64,000 nt of DNA from Syntrophorhabdaceae bacterium. Lineage in GTDB: Bacteria > Desulfobacterota > Syntrophorhabdia > Syntrophorhabdales > Syntrophorhabdaceae. The DNA is taken from assembly GCA_963665295.1 (NCBI GenBank), contig OY762209.1, positions 1,376,001 through 1,440,000 on the forward strand, written 5' to 3'. The notes below the pieces were generated by a model that saw nothing but the letters and a program-made list of their open reading frames with translations, was not told the origin of the DNA and did not search any database. How positions within the stretch are numbered: the first letter of the stretch is position 1; every line of letters begins with the position of its first letter. The position numbers and the translations under genes were made by a program. Shown here piece after piece: positions 19,693 to 27,772 of this stretch.

Positions 19693-20732
19693 TTACGGGA
19701 ATGGAAAGGCTTGTTGCCGCAGTGAATGGAGAGCCATCGGACCGCATTCCCGTATTCTGCAACCTTTTGGACCAGGGGGCGAGGGAATTGGGTTTGTCTC
19801 TGAAAGAATATTACTCGAAAGGCGAGTATGTTGCGGAAGGGCAACTCAGGATGCGAGAAAAATATGGGTACGACAATCTATGGAGCCTCTTTTATGTGGG
19901 GAAGGAAGCCGAACTTCTGGGGTGCAGGAAGATAGTCTTCGCAGAGGACGGCCCACCCAACGTAGGGCAAATGGTGATCAGGACCTACGACGATGTAGAA
20001 AGACTGGAGATCCCCAATGATGTATCCGGCCATCCCGCCTTCCAGGAATCGTTAAAATGCCTTAGAATCCTTCGCGCCGAAGCAGGGGGCAAGTATCCTA
20101 TCTGCGCATACATCACTGCATCCATGACCCTTCCGGCCATCCTTATGGGAATGGAACGATGGATCGAACTGCTCCTCATGGGTCCGGTTGACGTTCGCGA
20201 CGAACTTCTCGCGAAATGCTCGGACTTCTTCCGAAAGGAAATCGCGGCCTATCGAGATGCCGGTGCGGACGTGTTCGTCTATTCAAACCCCTTCGGCTCC
20301 ACCGACTTCATCTCCATGAAGTTCTTCAAGGAGGTCTCCCTCCCGTGGATGGAGCGGGACTTCAAGGGGGTAGACACGGGGGGCGTGGTTTATTACTGCG
20401 GCAGCTCACCGTTCAACAACGTGATCGACACGGTGATTGAACGACTTGGCATAACGGCCTTTTATCTGAGTCCTATGGATGACATCGTCGAGGCAAAGCG
20501 GATAATCGCGGGAAGAGGGCTATGCTGCGGCGTTATCAACGATATCAAGCTCATCGACTGGTCAAAAGAGGAGATAAGAGGCGAGGTCCGCAGGATGATT
20601 GACCAGGGTATGCCGGGAGGGCGGTTCCTCTTTGGAACGCTGGTCATGCCTTATGGTATCCCCGAAGAGAACATCAGGACCATGCTCGGAGCGGCCTACG
20701 AATTCGGAAGCTGCAAGAACGGGCGGCAATGA
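19689..20732 (+). CDS. UroD/MtaA-CmuA (MT2) fold protein with degenerate Zn site
   Basis: ER..AAV.G.P.DRIPV N-terminus, EAELLGC and P.ENI..M..AA.E.G motifs. ATGA overlap with the corrinoid gene. Confidence 0.85.
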   Translation: MITGMERLVAAVNGEPSDRIPVFCNLLDQGARELGLSLKEYYSKGEYVAEGQLRMREKYGYDNLWSLFYVGKEAELLGCRKIVFAEDGPPNVGQMVIRTYDDVERLEIPNDVSGHPAFQESLKCLRILRAEAGGKYPICAYITASMTLPAILMGMERWIELLLMGPVDVRDELLAKCSDFFRKEIAAYRDAGADVFVYSNPFGSTDFISMKFFKEVSLPWMERDFKGVDTGGVVYYCGSSPFNNVIDTVIERLGITAFYLSPMDDIVEAKRIIAGRGLCCGVINDIKLIDWSKEEIRGEVRRMIDQGMPGGRFLFGTLVMPYGIPEENIRTMLGAAYEFGSCKNGRQ

Positions 20733-21301
20733 TGGCCGAGGAGCGGCTTCTCCTTGCGGGGTGCGGCATTCTGCGCAAAGAGATCAGGTTTCTCATTAAA
20801 AAGAACGGATGGCCCCTCGATGTATCCTTTCTTGATTCCGCCCTCCATGTCGACTTCGAGGCCCTCTCGAAGGGCTTGATAAGCGTCCTTGGAAGGCATG
20901 CAGGACGAAGAGTGATCGTTTTCTACGGCGCATGTCATCCCCTCATGGAGAGGATACTCGACGAGGCAAAAGTGTGCAGAACTCCAGGGCAGAACTGCGT
21001 GGAAATGCTCCTTGGCCACGAACTGTTTACCCGGGAGCTGTCGCAGGGCGCCTTTTTCCTCCTGAAAGACTGGGCGCGGAGATTTGACGTTATTCTGAAA
21101 AGAACATTAGGAAATAACGAAGCAGTCTGGAAAGCCGTGTATCAGGAGGACAGAAAATACCTTGCCTGTATCCGCACGCCCTGTTCCGGGGATTTCAGTA
21201 TTGAAGCCGAAGCGGCAGGCGAGAAGGTGGGGCTGCCCCTCAAGTGGATGGATGCTTCCCTCGATCACCTTGAATCGGTGTTGCACGCAATGGTAACATA
21301 G
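20729..21301 (+). CDS. DUF1638-domain protein
   Basis: CGIL..EI, LDSALH, YGACHP, NCVEMLLG and FFL...W motifs. ATGA overlap. Confidence 0.8.
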   Translation: MMAEERLLLAGCGILRKEIRFLIKKNGWPLDVSFLDSALHVDFEALSKGLISVLGRHAGRRVIVFYGACHPLMERILDEAKVCRTPGQNCVEMLLGHELFTRELSQGAFFLLKDWARRFDVILKRTLGNNEAVWKAVYQEDRKYLACIRTPCSGDFSIEAEAAGEKVGLPLKWMDASLDHLESVLHAMVT

Positions 21302-21318
21302 CAACGAAAAGGGACTTC

Positions 21319-22860
21319 ATGACCGAAATGATACACATAGGCAAAGATGAACTGAAGAGCCTGAAGGATCGTCTCGAAAAGCTGGCTTCGGAAAAATCGT
21401 ATCTCAATCTGCTTATCCACATGATGAGCAGATTAGGGACTGTGTCCGGCCTTGAAAACACGGTGGAAGCCATGTTGCAGGTGATTCTGAACAATATTGG
21501 CGGAACGAATCTTATCCTGTATTACTTTATTGACGATAGTATTTACTTCGCTGATGTTTTCGGTAAGAGGATGAAGCTCGATGTAATCGAGGACGCCTCT
21601 GTGAAGGAAGTCTTCCTGAGCCGGGAACCTGTCGTGCATGAACATGATTTCAACGACACGATGATGATGACTCCGGAATTTACAAAGGCAATGACCTGGA
21701 TATTTCCTCTTCTTGTAGGCTCCGATCTTGTGGGGATTTTGAAGATGGACGGAATGCACATGGGGACCGGCGCCTTGAGGCAACAATTGCCCACCTTCTT
21801 CAGCTATGCGGCCCTCATACTGAAAAACGTGATACTTGGGCACACGAGGCTCCGGAAGGCCTATGACGAGGCGCGGCAGACAAACGCGGAACTCATGAAA
21901 GAGATTGCCGAACGCAGGCGGGCAGAAGAAGCGTTGCTGAACAGCGAGGAGAAACTCAAAGCTGTTGTTTACGGGTCCCCGATCCCCCAATTCGTCATTG
22001 ACTCGGATCATGCGGTCGTCTATTGGAATAAAGCGCTGGAAGAAGTCACGGGAATCAGGGCATCGGAAGTGGTAGGCACAAGCCAGCACTGGCAGGCGTT
22101 CTACGGTACGGAGAGGCCCTGCATGGTTGACTTGATGGTAGAAGAAAGAGTTGAAGAAATCACCGAACTCTATGGGGAGAAGTGTACCACGTCAAAATTG
22201 GTGACCGGCGCATTTGAGGTTACGGACTATTTCCCCGCCCTCGGCGAGGGGGGGAAGTGGTTATATTTTACCGGCGTGGCCATTCGGGACGCCGGTGGGC
22301 GGATTATCGGCGCCCTGGAGACCCTGGAAGACATCACCGAGCGCAAACGACTTGAAGAGAAGTTGCTTGCCCAGTCAATTATTGACGAACTTACCGGACT
22401 ATATAACCGACGGGGATTCCTGACCCTTGCCCAGCAGCAGTTGAACCTGGCGGAAAGGGCGAAGAAACGGATCGTCCTCTTCTTTATGGACCTGGACCGC
22501 ATGAAGTGGATCAATGACACGCTGGGTCACCAGACGGGCGATGCGGCGTTGGTTGAAGTTGCGTCGGCCCTCCGGCAGACATTCAGAAAATCGGACATTA
22601 TCGGTCGGATGGGAGGAGATGAATTTGCGGTCCTTGCCATAGATGCCGCCCCTCACGTGGAAGAGACCGTCACACGTTTGCGCAAGTGTCTCGACAATCG
22701 CGCCGGGCCGGGAACAAGCGGATACAGACTCTCCTTGAGCGTGGGCGCGGCGCATTTCGACGCCCACAGCCCAACTTCTCTCGACGACCTCATTTGCGAA
22801 GCGGATAACCTTATGTATGGGGAGAAAAGAATGAAACAGACGGTAACCCCTCTTTCGTAG
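21319..22860 (+). CDS. Sensor diguanylate cyclase (GAF-like + PAS + GGDEF)
   Basis: DELTGLYNRRG, NDTLGH..GD, RKSD I-site, GGDEF. Lies 17 nt after DUF1638. Confidence 0.9.
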   Translation: MTEMIHIGKDELKSLKDRLEKLASEKSYLNLLIHMMSRLGTVSGLENTVEAMLQVILNNIGGTNLILYYFIDDSIYFADVFGKRMKLDVIEDASVKEVFLSREPVVHEHDFNDTMMMTPEFTKAMTWIFPLLVGSDLVGILKMDGMHMGTGALRQQLPTFFSYAALILKNVILGHTRLRKAYDEARQTNAELMKEIAERRRAEEALLNSEEKLKAVVYGSPIPQFVIDSDHAVVYWNKALEEVTGIRASEVVGTSQHWQAFYGTERPCMVDLMVEERVEEITELYGEKCTTSKLVTGAFEVTDYFPALGEGGKWLYFTGVAIRDAGGRIIGALETLEDITERKRLEEKLLAQSIIDELTGLYNRRGFLTLAQQQLNLAERAKKRIVLFFMDLDRMKWINDTLGHQTGDAALVEVASALRQTFRKSDIIGRMGGDEFAVLAIDAAPHVEETVTRLRKCLDNRAGPGTSGYRLSLSVGAAHFDAHSPTSLDDLICEADNLMYGEKRMKQTVTPLS

Positions 22861-22942
22861 CTCCCGGACCCTTTGCCGTAATAGCGAGCGTCTCCGGGCA
22901 TCTTTGAAGGGGAACCTGAAGCGCCGCATAGCGCCTTCTAAG

Positions 22943-24863
22943 CCGAAGTTCCCCGCCCAATATTAACCCATCACCTTGATATTCCAATGATTATGGCAGA
23001 AATTGATTTCCCGTTACTGGCTACAGTCCGAGGAGGGCAAGGGCGCGGGCCTGGAGAGGTGTCGGATCAGTAAGAAGGGTGAAGGCCGGGGCCATGGAGT
23101 CCAAAACCATCCTGCACCGGTTTTTGCATCGGGTCCCCAGTGCGGCAAGGAGGGTACGGAAGCTCTGGACGGGAAGGCCGTCAGGGGTGAGCTTGGTGGT
23201 CTTCTTTTTCTTTGCGGAAGAAGATGACTCCGCGGGCTTTACCGGGTCTCTCGTCGTTCGTGAGAGGGGAAGCTCCTCATCGTCGAAGAGCAGCGGCGTA
23301 AGGGCCTCCCTCATATGCCACTCTACGTAATAGGCGAGGGTGCAGAGAAAGATGTGGGCTCGCACGTGATCCTCGGTACGGTGGTGAATGGGACGGACGA
23401 GAAGATCGATGCCCTTCAAGGTCCTGAAGGCCCGCTCTACCCGGGCAAGGTTCTTGTAGTTCCGTACCACATCGGCGGGAGGAAGGGCTGGTTCACTCGT
23501 ACGGATCACATAGATCCCGTCGAGGGCTTCTTCTTCGGTGATTGACTCCTCGTTCCGGGCGAATGAGAAGGACCCGTCTCCGATGGTAAGGATAAAGTGC
23601 TTCGCCATCTTGTGATCGTTGACTACCGCGCCGACTTTCTTCCCTATCTCCGCTGCGGAAAGAGGCGTCCTTGTCCTTCTCCCGACCGCCCGTACAATGG
23701 AGGACAACTTCTTTTCCGTCACATCGAGGAGCGCGTTTCTTTTCCTCTTTCTCTCTTCGGCAAGAAGGGGGTTGAAGCAAGCGATGAGCCTTTCCCCCGG
23801 ATACTCGGGAGAGGTGATTTCCGCAAAGTCCTGGGTATCGAAGAGGGACATCTGGATGCTCCCCTGTCCCACAAGCTCGCGTATGGCGGAAGACCTGAGG
23901 GCCGATATCCACCCTATGCCGGGCATCTCCTTTATCTTTGTAATCTGTGTCTCCGTAAGCATGCCCCTGTCGCCCACGAGGACGAGGTGATCGAGACCGA
24001 ATCTTTCTTTGAGCTTTGCCGTCTGGTCGGGAATGGTAGAGGGATCGCCCGTATTCCCCGGATAGACGGTAACTGCAACAGGTCGGCCTTCGTGATCGGT
24101 GAGTACTCCATAGACGATGATCCTCTTTCCCTTTTCATCCCGGTCATGGCCGAACTGCGCAAGGGGACAGGTGTGGCCCTCGTAGTAACTGCTCGTCACA
24201 TCGTAGAGCACGAGCGAGCCCTCGGTAAGGTGCTTATTCGCCAGCTTCTTCTCGATCCGCTCCTGTCTTGCCAAAAGCCAGTCCAGGGCATCATAGAGTT
24301 CGTCCTCATCGGCATCTGCAACCGAGAGTTCCTCCGCCACCGAAGTAGTATGCCAGAGCCTCGTAGTTGCTAATTTCGATGAGGGGTGGATGAGGCGTTC
24401 CACGATCATGGCGATTACGAGGTCTCTCTCCCTTCCAGGCTTCGAGGCAATGACCGTATCAAGGCCAAGCTTCTTTATTGTCCCGAGTATGGCCTCCACA
24501 TGGCCGTGGGGGAGAGACTGCTCAACCTTAAAGGCTTCCTTCGGAGAGACGAGAGACTCCCCTTTCAATACACGCCTCAAGAGCTCGATCTTCTCTTCCG
24601 GCCAATCAGTGAGGTTTGCGACTGTCTTCTTCTTTATCTTTTTGCCTTCCCTCCATGCCTCCCTCAAGAGGATGGCGGGCCGGGAGTTGCGGTTGGGGAT
24701 GCTTTCGATGTACATGGAACATATATAGCAAATAGCTTACCTACATGTCAAGTACATAATGCACTATTACATGGCAACAAGTAGAAGATATGATTATCAC
24801 CAACTTTACATAATTTCAACGGGATAGAGTGATATTGGGGGGATTTCACAGGGGGAACTTCGG
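22943..24863 (-). mobile_element. IS1634-family insertion sequence, copy 2 (1921 bp)
   Basis: Same IRs as copy 1. Target duplication TCTAAG at 22937-22942 and 24864-24869. Confidence 0.92.
23021..24715 (-). CDS. IS1634-family DDE transposase (identical protein to 10468-12162)
   Basis: Identical 564-aa translation. Confidence 0.92.
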   Translation of the reverse strand: MYIESIPNRNSRPAILLREAWREGKKIKKKTVANLTDWPEEKIELLRRVLKGESLVSPKEAFKVEQSLPHGHVEAILGTIKKLGLDTVIASKPGRERDLVIAMIVERLIHPSSKLATTRLWHTTSVAEELSVADADEDELYDALDWLLARQERIEKKLANKHLTEGSLVLYDVTSSYYEGHTCPLAQFGHDRDEKGKRIIVYGVLTDHEGRPVAVTVYPGNTGDPSTIPDQTAKLKERFGLDHLVLVGDRGMLTETQITKIKEMPGIGWISALRSSAIRELVGQGSIQMSLFDTQDFAEITSPEYPGERLIACFNPLLAEERKRKRNALLDVTEKKLSSIVRAVGRRTRTPLSAAEIGKKVGAVVNDHKMAKHFILTIGDGSFSFARNEESITEEEALDGIYVIRTSEPALPPADVVRNYKNLARVERAFRTLKGIDLLVRPIHHRTEDHVRAHIFLCTLAYYVEWHMREALTPLLFDDEELPLSRTTRDPVKPAESSSSAKKKKTTKLTPDGLPVQSFRTLLAALGTRCKNRCRMVLDSMAPAFTLLTDPTPLQARALALLGL

Positions 24864-24864
24864 T

Positions 24865-26052
24865 CTAAGCCGTTGGCATCCCCTTACGTCTTTTCCTCAC
24901 AAAGAACTGAAAATAACCGAGATTAACGAAACTTATGGAAGCGAGAATGAGAAACATTGCGGGGTAGCCCGTGAGAGGGACGACAAGGCCCATGACGGCC
25001 GGTCCGAGGGCCATTCCCAGATCGTAGGACGCGTTGAAGGTCGCCACCGCAGGACCATCCGGGGAACCCGCGTACTCAAGGGCATACACCATGGATGCAG
25101 GCATGAAAAAGGCCAGCCCCGTTCCGAACAATAACCCTACGAAGATGAACATGGAAAGGTTTGTGGAGAAGGAGAGTATCGCCATTGCCGCCATCATGAT
25201 TGAAATGAGCGTCACAATCACCTTTTCCTTGTCGCAGGTATCGAGGATTTGCCCTCCAAACACCCGGCCCGCGACAACGACTACCGCGCTCGCAGTAAAA
25301 AAGAGGCCGGGGTTCGTTACCCCGCACTGAAGCGCATAGAGGGGGAAGAAGGCAACGAGGGCTCCATAGACAAACATTTGCAGGAAGGCGGAAATACCGG
25401 GGACAACAACCTTCCATTCAATGAAAACGGCGTTGCGGGGCCGGGTACTCTGTTGAGGTGCGCCTGCCGCCTTCCCCTCCTTCGCGCTCCACGACAGAAA
25501 TAAGGAACATACACACAGGCTCGCGAATGTGAGAAAGAATACGGTGAAGTTGTAGCGGTTGACGAGAAAGATTCCAAAAGGAGCGGCCATGGCCATGGCA
25601 AGATAGGTTGCCAGGGTGAAGTACGCGAGACCCTGACCCCGATGGGCCGGTGAGATCGTCTTCACCGCATAGGTGAAGGCAGCGGTATGGACGGACGCAA
25701 AGGAGATGCCTTGAACGGCCATCACGACAAAAAGAGGCCAAAAAGGCCGGAACACGGTAAAAGCAAGGAGGGCGAGGGTGAAGAGCGTAGTGCCGAAGAG
25801 CATGACCTTTTTCTCGGAGTACTTCGTCAGGACCGCCCCCACAAAGAACCGGGAAACAAGCGCCGCGATACCCATGATACTGACAAGCGCGCCGACCTGG
25901 CTTTCGTTGGAGCCAGACCGTGTAAAATAGATGGGAACGGCGGGCATGAGGGCGAAGTAGGCAGCCTGAAAAGAGAAGAAGGCCACAAAGACGAGAACGA
26001 AATCGCGGGTGAACATCCGCGCATATTGTGAAATCCTCCCCTCATTGTCCAT
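24865..26052 (-). CDS. MFS transporter
   Basis: 12 hydrophobic segments in two halves, with MFS loop motifs (SP.HRGQGLA, DLGMALGP). Confidence 0.88.
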   Translation of the reverse strand: MDNEGRISQYARMFTRDFVLVFVAFFSFQAAYFALMPAVPIYFTRSGSNESQVGALVSIMGIAALVSRFFVGAVLTKYSEKKVMLFGTTLFTLALLAFTVFRPFWPLFVVMAVQGISFASVHTAAFTYAVKTISPAHRGQGLAYFTLATYLAMAMAAPFGIFLVNRYNFTVFFLTFASLCVCSLFLSWSAKEGKAAGAPQQSTRPRNAVFIEWKVVVPGISAFLQMFVYGALVAFFPLYALQCGVTNPGLFFTASAVVVVAGRVFGGQILDTCDKEKVIVTLISIMMAAMAILSFSTNLSMFIFVGLLFGTGLAFFMPASMVYALEYAGSPDGPAVATFNASYDLGMALGPAVMGLVVPLTGYPAMFLILASISFVNLGYFQFFVRKRRKGMPTA

Positions 26053-26582
26053 GGCGTCTCAGTCTCCCATGGGAGCGAAGGGAGGTACGGTCAATAGCTG
26101 GTCCCGGAAATATTTCCGACTTATGCCCTCTCTCCATTCTTGTGCTGCCCGTTCCTCCCCTCTTCCGACGGTTCCCCGTCGGCGGATGTGACGGCCGGCA
26201 CACGCAAAGCCATAGAGGTCAAAGCGGCATGATCCGGGTCCGTTTATGGTATATTACATACCAAACGGTATTAATGCAAGCTGTTTTCCATGGGACTGCA
26301 AGGGGTTTTCGTGATTGATGCAAAGCACTGTGTCTATTATATTATGAACGTTATATGCCATGACCGTCATCTCCCGGTACCATGGGTTATGTTTGAAATC
26401 GATCGGTAATAGTATGGAAGAGACTGTCAACCCCTTCAATACGGCCCGGGTCGGAGAACCGGTCCCCCCACGGTCGCGGCATGGCGACACGCGTATGCTG
26501 CCCCATAGGCGGTTGCGCGCCCCAAGGGTAACGAAAAATTAGGCATAATACAAACCAAAACAGCTCCCTGTAAGAATATTCA

Positions 26583-26611
26583 TTGACATGTCGTACAGAA
26601 ATCTATACAAT
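26583..26611 (+). promoter_or_regulatory. Sigma70 promoter driving the riboswitch leader
   Basis: TTGACA-17 bp-TACAAT directly upstream of the aptamer. Confidence 0.75.
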
Positions 26612-26617
26612 CGAAAG

Positions 26618-26708
26618 GTGAAAAGGGCAAACTCGCCGAAAGACGGGGGCGCAAAGCCGATGGCCTAAGGGGGTGAAGGGATTCTACCTATGGCGGCAGG
26701 GCTGCCGG
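26618..26708 (+). ncRNA. c-di-GMP-I (GEMM-I) riboswitch
   Basis: AGGGCAAAC-stem-GAAA tetraloop-GGCGCAAAGCC...GGCCTAAG...TATGGCGGCAGGGCTGCCG matches the GEMM-I layout. G20 and C92 equivalents are present. Confidence 0.88.
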
Positions 26709-26905
26709 TTCCCTTTGCCGGTTTCGCATTCCTCCTTGCTATCGATAGTATTCCCTAGGATATAACGGTATGAGCGTCGGCCAACGCCGGAAAAGCGGTG
26801 CTTTGTGGAGATAACGTGACCGGCGGAGTCGCTCTTGACATCCGCGCCCTGAGCCGGAATGGCAGTGAACTTGACTAATGACTGATTGATGGAGAATGTT
26901 TATCC

Positions 26906-27760
26906 ATGAAACTCGACTCATGGTATTTCAACCTTGCCTTTGCCGTTCTTGTATCCGTCTTCTTCGTTGCGGTGGCGCCCGTTTCCGGCTATCCGGAAGA
27001 GACGCTCCTTATCGGAGGCGCGGGGACAAACACCGGCGCCATGAAACTGATGGCCGAGGACTTTCGAAAGCGCCGTCCCCGTGCGACGATCGTGGTGCTC
27101 CCGAGTATCGGCACTTCCGGGGCCATCAAGGCCGTGGCCGAAGACAGGATTGATATCGGACTGACCAGTCGTGCCCTGAACCCGGAGGAGCGCGACGCGG
27201 AAATCATCGAGGAACCTTACGGTCAGACCGCCCTGATCTTCGGAGTGCCCCAGTCAAATCCGGCTGAAGGGCTGACCCTTGCGGAGATTGAGGACATATA
27301 TGCGCGGAAGCGTACTGCCTGGCCGGACGGAACGCCCATAAGGCTTATTCTTCGTCCCCAAAAGGATACCCTTTCCATATACCTTGCAGGCATCAGTCCC
27401 GGGCTGAAGTCTGCGTCCGAAAAGGCCCGCTCCGTGCCCGGGGTCTTTGTGGGAATGACCGACCAGGATGCGGCCGCTCAGATCGAGAAGACGCCGGGCG
27501 CCTTCGGGGTAATGAGCGCCTCTCTTATCTCATCGGAAAACAGAAGGATCAAGGCCCTCTCCGTCCAGGGGACAGCCCCTACACCCTCCAATGTGGCCGC
27601 CGGCAAGTATCCGTACGTCCTGACACTGTTCCTGATTTACAAGAGGGACAGGTGTAAGGGGGCGGTGAAGGACTTTGTGGAGCTTGTCTTTTCGAAGACC
27701 GGCAGGAACCGCCTCTATGAAACCAATCATGTCGCCCTGCCGCGAGCTACCAGGAAGTGA
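26906..27760 (+). CDS. PstS-like periplasmic substrate-binding protein
   Basis: Signal peptide, GGAGT, SIGTSGAIKAV, DIGLTSR.L and G.YPY...L motifs of the PBP2 phosphate-binding-like family. Confidence 0.8.
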   Translation: MKLDSWYFNLAFAVLVSVFFVAVAPVSGYPEETLLIGGAGTNTGAMKLMAEDFRKRRPRATIVVLPSIGTSGAIKAVAEDRIDIGLTSRALNPEERDAEIIEEPYGQTALIFGVPQSNPAEGLTLAEIEDIYARKRTAWPDGTPIRLILRPQKDTLSIYLAGISPGLKSASEKARSVPGVFVGMTDQDAAAQIEKTPGAFGVMSASLISSENRRIKALSVQGTAPTPSNVAAGKYPYVLTLFLIYKRDRCKGAVKDFVELVFSKTGRNRLYETNHVALPRATRK

Positions 27761-27772
27761 GGTGACAGCCCT

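Noticed and set aside
21299..21321. TAG read-through fusing DUF1638 to the cyclase
   Set aside because: The cyclase is in a different frame, and read-through meets TGA within seven codons.
10390..24863. An already transposed composite transposon
   Set aside because: Each IS has its own distinct target duplication (TTTAAT, TCTAAG), with no shared outer duplication.
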